This document shows positions 13,315 to 26,236 of a stretch of 64,000 nt of DNA, one piece after another. The stretch lies in assembly GCF_022539665.2 (NCBI RefSeq), contig NC_081333.1, forward strand, positions 13,144,001-13,208,000, read 5' to 3'. The position numbers were made by a program, and so were the translations under genes. Every line of letters starts with the position of its first letter. Positions within the stretch are counted from its first letter, which is position 1. The notes under the pieces are model-generated. The model had not been told where the DNA came from. It saw only the letters and a program-made list of their open reading frames with translations, and did no database searches. The DNA comes from Daphnia carinata (lineage: Eukaryota).

Positions 13315-14164
13315 CTAAATGATGGCGATATCGGCGCAATTGACGAACGTCTCCTGCGAACCACATCCCATTCCGGACGTTCCGTTTTTACAAACGCCCC
13401 AATTGTTGCCTGAAATTTTAAAGGGACAACATTTAAATTAATAAGGACTCTTTTGATTGACCAAAACAAGTTTGACTCAATACCTGCTGTGTAACGCCAT
13501 TGGAGGACGCAATAATCGCACGAAACATCCGCAGGAAGTTGAACAACAGGGAAATAGAGTCCGTTGGCAGATGAGATGTAGAACTGAGTCGAACCATCGA
13601 TGAGTGTCAATAGATGGTCATCGAAACATTGTTGAGTGGTCAACTCTGTAGCCGATCGTTTAGGGCACAAACGGAATTCAAAGTAACCCAAATGGTTCGA
13701 TGTCAATTCGACAGTCAATCGTATCCACTGAAACGCAACAATCAATCGAAATGCATTTCAATTATATTAAAATGATGTACCGATGCGTGCGCGTAAGTTT
13801 GTCCAACGATCCCAGTTCCATAAATTCCACCTTCGTCGTTGTCTCTCGGTCGGGGCAGACTCCATTCGTCACCACATTCACCACAACGGCCCTGGTTGAT
13901 GCTGTTGAATTGAACCTAAACATTTCAATCATTCATCAAAACAACAGTTACGTAGAAATACTGAAAAGGACGTACACCATAACCGCCACAATTGAGCCCG
14001 TTTTCGTTGTAATTGGGTGGAACGTTGAAACCGTAACGCCACATGGACGAACGACTTGGCGGATCCAGCATCATGCCATGCCCATCAGCTGATTGGAACA
14101 ACCGGGCAGAAGCAATTAGGGCGATGACCAGACCGCAATTCATCAACAATGTCGTTGGTTTCAT
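13315..14164 (-). CDS. Secreted AA15-type lytic polysaccharide monooxygenase (chitin-binding type-4 domain), copy 1, 4 exons
   Basis: Signal peptide then His1 (ADG|HGMMLDPPSRSSMWR), followed by LNCGG, CGECGD, a second His in TSNHLGYFEFRLC, CVLQWRY and a C-terminal QETFVNCADI. Confidence 0.9.
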
Positions 14165-14929
14165 TCTCGAGGATTAAACGTTAAAGAAAAATAGCTTAAA
14201 AATCAAAGTTTACCTACTTGGTTCAAGCGAATAGTCCTCACATTATGTGCATGTCCTTTATATATACTGTATAAGTTATGTGTTGTACTTGATGGCAATA
14301 GGCGCGTGCTGATAGCTTTGCTTCTTATCGACTGTCATCGCTAAAACGGAAAGGTTACGATTCGTTTAGACGTCCTCTATGACAATCGGAAGCGGCCTTT
14401 TGCCATGACATCACAAGGATGACGTACGTTGTCAACAATCCGTGCGTGCCGGTTGAACACGATCGAAATAAAATGCGGATAATGGCACGTAATGGTCCTA
14501 ACTTGACCAACAAGATAATTGAAGAATCCCTCGTTTCAAATGTTTCTTGTCAATCAGTGCGGATAAAGACGTGATATCACTGATGCCCATGTGTTTACAG
14601 GCCCTTAATGCAAAAAACATACAAGACACTTGTTTGTCTGAAACTCTAATGGATATTTATCGAGCTCTGTTTTTCTTTATGCTGTTGACAACGTTGCGAC
14701 ATTATAAATGGACGGGAGTGGTAAGAAAATGATTTTTGCGATAAACGCCCCTCTTTTTCTGGACGTAATTGGACAACACCTTGGGATATCTCACTTGGTA
14801 TTCTGCGACATATCAAGTGGAATTCGTTTAAATAAAATGTATTGATTCAAATTCCGTTTCATAACGAAGTAAAAATAAAATCAAGGTGAATAGATAATAT
14901 TTTATTTGACATGCAAGTATAGATTCTGA

Positions 14930-15841
14930 TTATATGGCTGGAAGAATGGACACATCCGCACAATTAACGAACGATTCCTGATAACAGTAGCCACTGCCTC
15001 CGTTAGGACATAAGCCTTCACTATTGGCTAAAAAAATGGAATAAAATTAAAAACGGGATCTGTGAGGAATTACTTTTGATGATGTGATATTTACCTACTG
15101 TCCAGTACCACTGGAGAACGCAATGTTGACAAGTAACGCCCACTGGTAGCCGGACACTCGGGAAATAAAGACCAGTTGAACTGCCAATTTGAAATTTAGT
15201 GCCTCCATCGACTATGATCGCGTCCCCTTGTCCAGGCAATTCAACAAGTTCAAGTGGATATCTGTCCAGGCATTCCTGCGTCACTAGTTCATCAGCTGAT
15301 TGTTTCGGACATAATCGGAACACGAAATCTCCCCAATGGTTGGCCGTAATGTTGACCGTAATGCGTACAACCTGTGCAACGGATCCTTAGTTTTGGCTGC
15401 ACTATGTGACCAACTAAATGTACATTACCGATCCTTCGGTGTAGGTTTGTCCAATGATGCCCGTGTGGTAGATGCCCCCCTCATCGTTTGATCTCGGCCG
15501 TTCCAGCCTCCATTCATCTCCGCATTCCCCACATCGTCCCTGATTGATGCTGTTGTGCTGAGCCTGAACAACAAGTCAGTGAAGTTCATTCGATATGTTA
15601 CGTGTTAAATGGTGGGCCTACTAACCTCTCTACCACCACAGTTGAGCTCCATGTCATTGTAATTTTTAGAATCTTCAGGGACACTGAAACCGACCCTCCA
15701 CATGGACGAACGACCAGGAGGATCGTACATGTAGCCGTGACTATCTACGTTCACGATGTTGCTGCTGAAGATGACCACAAAGAGGAGAACAGATGAGAAG
15801 GCAACAACCAGTTTGTTCGATGACGTAATACAAACAACCAT
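14930..15841 (-). CDS. AA15-type LPMO, copy 2, 4 exons
   Basis: VDS|HGYMYDPPGRSSMWR, TANHWGDFVFRLC, CVLQWYW, QESFVNCADV. Confidence 0.9.
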
Positions 15842-16688
15842 GTTGATAGATTTTTTCTTTCAAATGAAAAAATGAAATGAATTGCGGCCTATTGGGTATG
15901 GTGAGTTTGAAAGCGAATCGTTTGTATAACAATTGGTTCGAGTTTGACCAAGCTCTTTTATAAGGCCACAGCGAAGATAGTCAAAAGTCGCAGAGTAAAA
16001 AGATCATAAAAAACGTGATGGGATAATGTGTATCACGCTGGACCGATTGCGTCCCTCTGTTTGTTTTCATTATCTGACGGTCATTTTAATAAAGCACGTC
16101 CACTTGTTCCATTGCACGTTACGCCCAGCAATTTTTGTTTAGTTATTTACGTTTTTGGATTCAATGAAGAACAACCATTTCGATAAATTACCAACACATT
16201 CATGGAACAAGAAGAAATAATAAGCTGAGCATTATTCACTTGAGTTTAATGCCTTTTAATGTATAAATGAGGTGAAGGTGACGAAGTGATGTTGCCATAT
16301 CAAAACGTCATTGAAAAGCAACGTAACTACGTTACGAAAGCAAAAGGGAAATGAAATCAACAACAGAGATAAGAAAACAATTCCATTGGCACGGAAGGAA
16401 AGTAGGAATGATGGTATTCCCATCTTTTCATTGTCATAGACCATGATGAAAGAATTCAATGATCGGCTTCGCGTGCCCAATCTGTCGTTTGAAACAATCC
16501 CTTTGTGTCCCGCACTGCTTTTGGCCGGATAAGGTGACCGCAGAAGAACAAACATTATAGTTAATCAGGCAATAAACCGGGGAAAAGGGGAATTTCATCT
16601 TATTATTTAAATAGCCACCACTAAACCAATGGTTGGTATATTGTATAATACTTTAAGCCATCAAACAGCGGAGAAGAAAACAACAAAG

Positions 16689-17839
16689 TAGGGGAGGGTG
16701 GGCGTGGTTGGAACACAAAACTTATTTTTGTTCCGTACGATTACAAAAATCGTCCAAGTAAAGTAAAAAATATATAGATTTGTAGCCAGTTATGTCAGCT
16801 ACATAACCGTATTTTTTTTGGGTGGGTTCGGCAAAGTTTAATGTGTGCTATGAGTAAAAAACCGGAGGTACCCCAAGTTGTTTCAATTGCCAATTCTACT
16901 CGGCAATTGAAACAGGGCGTCTGGGCAGTTGAAACGTGGGTTTTCCCATAAGAGAGCTCCCGGTTTTACGAAAAAACTAAAATGACGATATCTCAGAATC
17001 TGGGATACGTATTTTGATGAATTTTTTACAGTAATATAGAGAATTTTAATCTTTATTTTTTAAGATGTTTTATAAGTTTCTATAGTAAATAAATATTATT
17101 TAATTAATTTTAGTAGTTTTCTGAATTAGGTTCTGAACACCGTTAGTAATCCAAAGAACGGTTAATAGTATGGAGATCAAATTTTTATAATCGAATATTG
17201 CATGTCCGGCCTTACATCATAATTGTTGTTAATGTCCTTAATTTAATTTTTAAAATTTAATTTCTTTCGTCAACGTTGTAAATAAAAGCACAAAACATTG
17301 TGGCAGACGATAAATGCCAGCCACCCAGCAGACGAAATAAAACACAAAATAAACAATAATTGAAAAAAGAGCTCTGCTAATACGCTGCGTAGGGAACACC
17401 GTTGCCAGACTACAGTAAAGGAGACGCGCATACGGAAGGGTCGCAATTGGAACAAGGTGTTCCAATTGCTCCGACCATGGGTCTTCTCGGAGTTTTAATT
17501 TTTATAGGTGATAAAGTTAAGCTAGAAAAAAATTAATGTGATCAACTTATAGCTTAATGAATGACGAATGATTGGAGACCTTTTTTAATGATTTTCTCCA
17601 TCGTTTTCAGTGTGAAAACGAAAAAATTGTCTGCAAAAAAACAACAAATGGACAGCCAAAAAACAATTTTCTGGGATAATTCGAAAACTTTTAAATTCTA
17701 AAGCCTCCAATTTTTTCTAAAAATGTAGAACCCTAATTCCCGTTAGTTCAAATTTTTTAAACCAAATCTCTTACGTACTTTAAGTGGTAGAATTTTTGTT
17801 TCAATTGCCGCGTGTTCCAATTGCGCCCACCCTCCTCTA
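16689..17839. mobile_element. ~1.15-kb non-autonomous DNA transposon (MITE-like) with terminal inverted repeats
   Basis: Left end taggggagggtgggcgtggttggaacac; the reverse complement of the right end is tagaggagggtgggcgcaattggaacac. TA is present at both ends. Internal inverted copies of caattg(g)aaca lie at ~16879-16914 and 17443-17469. The interior is AT-rich with no transposase ORF. Confidence 0.75.
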
Positions 17840-17977
17840 CTTCATATCGCATTCAAAACGTGTATTGCCAGACAATCAATTAATAAATCAAATATTTGAT
17901 CGAATTCCTCTATCACCAAAATCAAAACCCTATATAATTATATCTTGGTTAATGTTGCCTCTCGACATTCTCAAAAA

Positions 17978-18881
17978 CTAAAACTTTGGTAGAATTGCCA
18001 CATCCGCGCAATTGACGAATGTTTCCTGGTAACAATATCCATTGCCACCACCTGGACACAGTCCCGGGCTATTTCCTGCATTAAAACAGACAGGTTTCAT
18101 TCTTGTTGAAACGAAATTAAAAGAATGGCATTGAATTGCAAGTGTCACCTGTGCTGTAGTACCACTGCAGGACGCAGTTTTGGCAAGTGACGCCTTCTGG
18201 TAGCCGGACACTCGGGAAATAGAGGCCAGTTGAACTGCCGATTTGAAATTTAGTGCCTTCGACTACGATCCCATCACCTTGTCCAGGCAATTCGACAAGT
18301 TCAAGTGGATATCTGTCCAGGCATTCCTGCGTCACTAGTTCATCAGCTGATTGTTTCGGACACAATCGGAACACGAAATAGCCCAAATGATTGGCTGTTA
18401 TTTGAACTGTTAGTCGAACTATCTGAAAATAAAAACAATTGAACCAAGATCGAAAGCCAAAACTTTTATAAAATATTACCGATGCTTCGACATAAGTCTG
18501 TCCGATAATGCCCGTACCATAAAGGCCTCCCTCGTCATGGGGTCTAGGCCGGCTTAGTTTATATTCATCACCGCATTCACCACAACGACCCTGATTAACT
18601 TCGTCAAAGTGCTGAGCCTACGATCGTTAATCAAATACCTTCATTACAAAAATACACTCATTGTCCAGGTAAAAACGCACCTCTCTACCACCGCAATTAA
18701 GGCCCGTGTCGTTCTCGTTCATGGGTACATTAAAACCGAACCGCCACATGGAGGATCGTCCGGGTGGATCGTAGAGAATGCCATGTCCATTCGCTATGAT
18801 GATGCAGCTACAAATGATTAACAAGACGCTAACGTGTTGTTTACTTGCTCGCCAATCAACGCCAACAATGTCCCTAAACAT
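17978..18881 (-). CDS. AA15-type LPMO, copy 3, 4 exons
   Basis: ANG|HGILYDPPGRSSMWR, TANHLGYFVFRLC, CVLQWYY, QETFVNCADV. Confidence 0.9.
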
Positions 18882-19311
18882 TTCGAAATAATTGTGTACA
18901 ACTGATGCAGAGAATTTTAGAATGTGCTAGATGCGGCTTAATTTATAACACTGACTGCTGTTGATGGTTTAAATGATAACAAATGACAATCGATAAGTCC
19001 AACATTTTGTTGTTCAATTTCAAGATAATTTTCTGTAGGTCATCACTGTTGTCCACACTCATCGTTGCTAGTCTAATCGACTGTTATCATTTAAATGCCA
19101 ATTTGTTTTACGGTTTCGTCAATCAAGCCATTTCGTGACACGATGAAATTTAATGCAAGGAGGGATAAGGGACAGTCACAATTTCTCAACAGGTACTTTT
19201 TATCTCGTTGTATGATTAGGTGTTGCAATCATTTGACACAAACAATTACGAACCGAAATGACTGATTTATTGGAACGAGTTCAAGTAATGAAATTGAATT
19301 ACAGGTGACAG

Positions 19312-20164
19312 TTATGCGATAACGGCCACATCAGCGCAATTAACAAATGACTCTTGATAGCAATCCACTGAATTTGTTCCATCTCCACAAAGGCCCGGAC
19401 TATTGCCTGTATTTATATTAGCCATTTCAGGATGAAAACAACGAGAATTAAAATTCGAATCATTGTAAAGTGAATTAGAATATCGCTTACCGGTCGTGTA
19501 ATACCATTGCATGACGCAATGATCGCACGTTAACCCATCGGGTAACTTAACGATCATATCGTGCCAAGTGGCCGTGTAATCCGGCACCTGATAACGAGTT
19601 GATCCGTCGGATAAACGAAGTAAATAATTGTCGAGACATTCTTGCGTCACTAATTCCGCAGCTGACCGTTTCGGGCAAAGTCGAAATTCGAAATAACCCA
19701 AATGACTGGACGTTAATTCCACCGACACCCGGACGTACTGTAACACGTTTCATTATTTTTAAATGATTTGCTTTTTAAAAGGGCAATAATTTACCGAGCC
19801 TGTTTTGTAAGTTTGGCCGATCGTGCCAGTTCCATAAAGGCCACCTTCGTCGTTTGATCTCGGCCGGGGCAGACTCCATTCGTCTCCACATTCACCACAA
19901 CGGCCCTTATTAATGCTGTTGTGCTGGACCTATAAACGAGAATGCAATGAGGATGGTAGGGCTCAATCGAAAGTGATTCATTACCGATCTCCCACCGCAA
20001 TTAAGGCCGTTATCGTCGTAATTCCTGGGCGTTTGGAAACCTAATCGCCACATGGAGGACCTGGATGGAGGATCTAACATTCTTCCGTGACCTGAAACAT
20101 TGTGAAGACCCCCCACAAGCACCACCCAAACCGATAAAATCCGTACTCTTGAATAACTCTTCAT
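19312..20164 (-). CDS. AA15-type LPMO, copy 4, 4 exons
   Basis: VSG|HGRMLDPPSRSSMWR, TSSHLGYFEFRLC, CVMQWYY, QESFVNCADV. Confidence 0.9.
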
Positions 20165-20757
20165 CTTTCCTCCTAAATTCTTTTCTTTCTTTAGTTAAAT
20201 CCAGCCGAGGTGGATGTTAATGTAGAATTGATTGGGTACAGAAAAAGTGAAACGCAGTTGCTGCTGGTGAAGCTAATTACTCTGTGACAACAGTGTCATC
20301 ACAAAATTCAACTCTCTTTATACAAGAGGATGAATTACGTAACGCAGACTCCATGTATCTACGACATACACAATCAGCGGATTGTCCCCAATTTTTATTT
20401 ATCACCAACCTATCAAGCAAAAACATTAAAATGTCCGCTATAAATCTTCGATAGCCGTAGCTCATTACATTGGACTTTCCCTGTCAACATCGAGCTTACC
20501 TCGTCACACCACGACGTCGAGAAGCTTTCTCGGCTCAACCTGCTAATCTCTGGAATTTTGCTTTTGCAAACGAAAACTGTTGACCTAACTCCTGTTGATT
20601 TAACACGTAAAACTACAAAGCATTCAATTTGTTATCATGTATTTAAGTACATGTGAAACATCACCTTAAAAATGGCGGGGGAAATTTGTCTGATACTTTG
20701 GAATATGACGACACACTTGAAGAGGACGAGAATGTGTCAAAAACGATAAGGCCGTCC

Positions 20758-22246
20758 TCACACATTAGACGCATGATCGGAAGTCTTTAGAGGAATTGAA
20801 AACGGCTCCTGTTGCTCCGTTAAAACTCTTGGCTCGTGCACAAAATGAGCTATTTCGATCCCCTGAAGAATCACAAATAAAACGTTTACGCCGAAAAACA
20901 ATTAGAAATAGATCAAATTACCTGGCTAGCTGCTGATCGAACGAAACCTGTGTTGGCTGTAACAACGACGATGCCCAATTTATCGGCAGTGCAAAAAATC
21001 AATCTGCTTCTTGTTTTGACGTTACTCGTTAGCTGCAACTGACCAACTCTTCCACACGGAGTATCTTCGACAATATCCAAACGGGCAATCAGTTCCCTCA
21101 TGCGCTGTTTCTCTCCAGTTCCACCCATTCGTTCTACCAGCGTTTGGAAATCGGTAAGGGCTTCGCGGCAAGTGACTAGCTGTTTATCTTCAAACAGAGC
21201 ATCTAGCTTGGGCTTGGCGGGAGATGAACGCTCCCACTCGGCCTGCTGGTTATAGATCGCTCTAGGGAAAATATAATTGGCTCCACCGTTGGTCATTGAA
21301 GAAACGTACGCCACCATGCATGTGATGTCAAGGAAAAGCTTGTCACTTTGCTTGAGATTATCCAGGTTGGTATCAGGTGAAGTGGATAATCCCCTATACA
21401 TTTCGCTGTATTCCTCGTACCCCTCACTGTCATCATCACTATCACTGCTGCTAGTGTCGCTTTTGGAAAATGAATTTTCCATTATGGGTCTGATTTCTCC
21501 TTCAACCTCTACTCCACGTTTCTTCAATTTCGCAACAATTGATGAGCTGATGCTGTTGAAGAAATGGAAGACAACCTGTTTGATTGAACTATTTTGAGAG
21601 TTACCATATTGGGCATAATTTGGACAGTTTACCTGAGGAGGATTAAATAGGTGAGGATGTAGTCTTGCACACTTGATGTATGCTGAGGCTTGATCAATCA
21701 CAGATTTCTGGCCGCATGACGTTCTTCCTTTCGATATGTCTTCCAGTGCCTCTGCTTTTCGAGCTATCGCTTTGTGCCAAACTTTTCCTCCTTCAGACAC
21801 AACATCCACCTCAATGCGGTTACTGGAGCCATTTTTTAAACTGAAAGGCTATAGGTCAATGGTTATGGTTACAAAACCCCCAAAAATAGGCAAATTTATA
21901 TTACTTTAAAGATAGCTGCTGGGCTTTCACATTTATGAAGAATGTCCACAACAGCAGCCAATGAACCTAAATTGCTAGATAACATGTGCTCCTTCTTTAC
22001 TTCCATTTTGACATCCAGTAGCTGCAGGAAAAATGATATATTAATCATTGAGAAATGCATAACAATTAAAACTTCCTGAGCCTAATTTACTCTTTGTAAG
22101 AACTTTATTTCAGAACGAATGCGTCTTTCAAGTTTTTTACTGCCTTCCACGTTGGCAAAATGACAGTGCACTTGTTGCAAAAGATTTTCGCCTTCTTGAA
22201 CTTTACACAGTACATGGTTCTTCAAGTCTTCAATATCAGATGCCAT
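20758..22246 (-). CDS. UPF0415 / C7orf25 homolog (DUF1308, PIN-like C-terminus), 4 exons
   Basis: VDVVSEGGKVWHK, LFLDITCMVAYVSSMTNGG, VVTANTGFVRSAASQG and HEPRVLTE match the family as I recall it. The ATG at 22246 and short GT-AG introns give a continuous frame. Confidence 0.8.
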
Positions 22247-22380
22247 TTTAAATATACCGAGTGATGATAGTTAACCCGAAGAGACGGATAAAACTAAAGT
22301 TACTAGAATTTTTTGCAAATCGCCTTCGTCAGCATTGAATTCGCGGTCATAGTTCGTCTGCTAATCAAAACATTCACTTC

Positions 22381-22651
22381 CACCATCTAGCGTCAACTGC
22401 TACTGAATTCTTTTGTTGATATTTTGTGCAAGTAATGAGTGAGTGAATAATCAAGAAACCACAAATTTAAAAGAACTTAGGAAATATAAGAAGCATTATA
22501 TTTGCGTGAATGACAGTAAAAACAAACAAAAAAGTAACTGTTATAATGGCAACGCCTTAGGGTTACGTACGAACAATTAAATGCCAGACGCTATTGGCGC
22601 GCCAGCAGAGCCAAGGTTTCAATGTTATTGGCAAAATCCACCACCTAGCGG
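22381..22651. promoter_or_regulatory. Shared head-to-head promoter region with CTCF-like motifs
   Basis: Start codons of divergent genes lie ~730 bp apart (22246 minus, 22974 plus). caccatctagcg at 22381 and ccacctagcgg at 22641 resemble the reverse complement of the CTCF core. Confidence 0.45.
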
Positions 22652-22973
22652 TTAAAATAAACACCATTTCGAACAATTCATTTTCCCGCCCTGACATTGA
22701 TCAGGCAGCTTTCACATTACTTCTCACTACAGATATAAGTGATTTCATTGTACTCTTTGCGAATCTTGTAAATTCCGACATACTTCCTTATATTCAAAAT
22801 ATTTGAAAAGTACGTGCCTTTTTTCATCTCCATTTAACCTGAATATCTTTTTACGTGGTTGTCTTGATCACTTTTTTACCCACTCACCAAAGCCCTTTGT
22901 TTAACTTGTTCGTGATGTTCCTCTATCCTAGGATTGTGTAACCGACGAGCATCTCGTTCATCGTTCTTGTCAA

Positions 22974-24374
22974 ATGGCTTGCCCTGACAATAAAGAGCCA
23001 GCCACTAGTTGTGAGGCTGGTAAACTTGTAGATGACGAAGAAGATAATGGTGTCACACTTGAAGAAATTCTAGAAGAGGAAGCCCAACTCGAAGAGGATG
23101 CAAATGCTGTTTTGGGTGGATCTGATGATGCAAACTGCACTTATCGTCTAGTAATTTTTTCAAAGTGAAAAATAGTATTATCTTTACTAACAGGAAAATT
23201 TTTAAGGGATATGTCAACCGCCAAGCTCTCTATGCTTGTGTAACTTGCAGGCAGCGTTCAGGAAATCTGACTCAACTGGCTGGTGTTTGCTTAGCTTGCA
23301 GTTACCACTGTCATGATGGGCATGAACTTATTGAATTGTATACAAAAAGGTATGGATACATCTCTGCTATATCAAATGAAAAAGAAATCTTTTACAATTT
23401 CTGTGTTTCAGGAACTTTTGTTGTGACTGTGGAAATTCAAAATTTCCCTCCAATAAATGCACTTTGGCAACAGTAAAACTATTTAAATTTCCTTTTTTCT
23501 CTTACTTGTAATCTGACATTTTAAAAATCATATTATAGGAAAAGTCAGAATTGAATGAGAACAACAGTTACAATCAAAATTTTTTGGGGAAATACTGCAC
23601 TTGCCAAAAACCATATCCTGATCCCGATGACACAAATCCTGATGAAATGGTTCAATGTATCATGTGTGAAGATTGGCACCACAACAAGGTTCTTTTTTCC
23701 CTCAATAACAAAAATTTATAATCGATGTAATTAACTAAATTTTTTCACAGCATTTGGGTAGTAGTCCGCCTCCGGATCAAGATTATTCCGAGATGATATG
23801 TGGCCAGTGCATGGAGAAATACCCTTTCCTCAATGCCTATCTATTACCAGCAGAATCGGACCAAACGTTGGTTTGCAGGCTAAGCAAACTAGAAGCTATT
23901 GAGAAAGACCAGCTGAAAAATGCAACGTTTTGGCCGGAAGGATGGCGGAATAGGCTGTGCAGATGTGAGAAGTGTTTGGTAAGTCATGAAATGTTACATT
24001 TTTTTCTGGTATTGATGGTTTTTTTATTTGTAATTCAGGCATTATACGCAGATAAAAAGATCCAATATCTTACGGATGATCAGGACACAGTAGAGCATTA
24101 CGAACAAAAAGGCAAGATGGCGTGTGTCAACCGACCGTCTAATAACGAGCGACTTATGGAAGCTCTTTCCTCATTGGATCGCATCCAACAAGTCGAAGCT
24201 ATCACAGAGTACCAAAGTTTCGCGGCTGAATTGAAAGATTACCTGAAAACGTTTGCCGATAACAAAAGAGTCGTTCGAGAAGAAGACATTACGGAATTTT
24301 TTGGTCGTTTGAAGGAGCGTAAACGACGTCGTCTTGATGGCGAATCAACTGGAATGCCACACTTTTGTCGCTAG
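22974..24374 (+). CDS. UBR7: E3 ubiquitin ligase UBR7 (UBR box + PHD-like finger), about 6 exons
   Basis: LEEDANAVLGGSDDANCTY, RQALYACVTC, GVCLACSYHCHDGHELIELYTKRNFCCDCGN, YNQNF.GKYCTC, MVQCIMCEDWHH, FADNKRVVREEDITEFF. Confidence 0.93.
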
Positions 24375-25071
24375 TAATCACCCTTTCAACCGATGCCCCA
24401 GATCCTCCATCTATATCATTTATCTGGATTGACTGTGATTCAACCTTTGTAGTATTTTTTCTTTAATTTGGACGCCGATATAAAAACAAGTTGATTAATC
24501 CATAAAGTTGGGGGGGAAAACCGACGATTGCGAACATGTAAGTTTTTTTTCATATTCTGATAAACGAGAAGTACTAAATTGAAAAGACATTTAGATTTTT
24601 GTGTTTATTCACACGAGAATTTCATCAATTCTTTTATTCCCGTCAGCTCAGTGTCATACGTTTTCTGAATTAAAGGAGAAATTCTCCTGATTCAAAAAGA
24701 AAGAGTACATGAAAAACGCTAATATTGGTCGTGAACGGTGTAATAAATCTAATAATGGCTGTTGCTGCGACGCATGTAAAAATGAGCACAGCAAACATTA
24801 CGGTACCTAGCTCTAGCGGAATAAGGTTGAACTAATTTCGTCACACACAGCTGGTTGGCCCGTCGTTTCTGTGTGGACTGCTGAATGCACTACGGCACCA
24901 TCCAGTTATCAGAGAACCAGGAGACATCGAAGTTATTGTGTGTCAGAATAAAAAAACCTTTGGACGTGAAGTTTTAGTGAAGTTGTACGTGGAGTAAAGG
25001 TGAAGTTAAATAGTTGAAATGGAGTGTATCAATTGACCTTAAAGCTTTTTCTCTCGTCTCTTAGTCTTCTC

Positions 25072-25106
25072 GTGTGTGTGTGTGTGTATGTGTGTGTGTG
25101 TGTGTG
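25072..25106. repeat. (GT)n microsatellite, probably in the HECTD1 5' intron
   Basis: Seen directly, with one interruption. Confidence 0.9.
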
Positions 25107-26236
25107 GGTTTCCCAAGGCCACTGCACAGTATTAAGGGAAAAAGATATTTCTGAACTCGATCCAATTGTATGAAAGACCTCGTGTGGTTTTGTTTCTCTT
25201 TGTGGGGGGGTTGGCCCACTTTTTTCCCCTTCATTTGGACAACCACTTGTCTCACTATCTCAAAGGAACCTGAAAAACATCTTGATCACAGGGTAAGAAT
25301 GGCTACTTTGTTCATCTTCTTCCTTTGTTTCATCATACTTTCTCATTTTTTAATCATCAGCCAATTCAGGTTATCATAACAACATTCTCATTTCCCCCGA
25401 AGATCAGGTCACTATTCATTGAGGAAAGCAGCAGCCCATGAATTGCTAGGAAAACAGAAAGTGATTTATTATTCACATTATGTGGTCAAATATCGGGGCT
25501 AGATGGATGGCAAAATGACCTGAATTGTTTTTCAAAGTTCGAAGGCATGACCTGACAAATGTAGGGATGATCAATAAAGAATGGGGTATGCAAACATGCC
25601 GTGTGTCGCGTGTCGTTGCTACGTCGATACTTGCAACAAACACACAGAGAGAAGCTAGTACTGGCAGTGAGTCAAATAGAAAAAAATGGTTGAAAGTAAA
25701 GGGTTAAAAATGGGGTCTAGATGAAGTTGAGGTTTGGGTCAGGGAGAGAAGATCGCGGATTTATTAATAGCACATCAAAATGGCGTTGGTTGGAGTCTTG
25801 CCCGGCCGCATTCCAATACGTTGTCAAAATGTAGAAAGGAACTAAGACGACGTCGTTGAAGCTTGTCAATAGTTTGTAAGTCTTTGGGATTGCGTAACGT
25901 CGATTCGTCAACAGCTATCGATGCAATAAAGACTTGTTCGTATTTAACACAAAAACAAACATTTCAATAGCAGTGAAGGGGGTAGTAGTAAAACGGCGCC
26001 AATGAGGCCGGAACAGCCCGTGTGTTTATTATTATTGTTATTAATTTTGTAGTGAAGATTCCATTGCTTGTGCGCCATAAGGCGAAATAAGAGGGAATTG
26101 GAACAGAGAAAAGACAGTTAAATGACCTCAATTGTACTCATGTTCTTCTTCTTTTGCGATTGGAACAGGTTTTCGGGGCCCGAAGAATAACAACGGAAGA
26201 AACCCCCAAAAAGGAGGAGACATTTGAGTAAACGAG

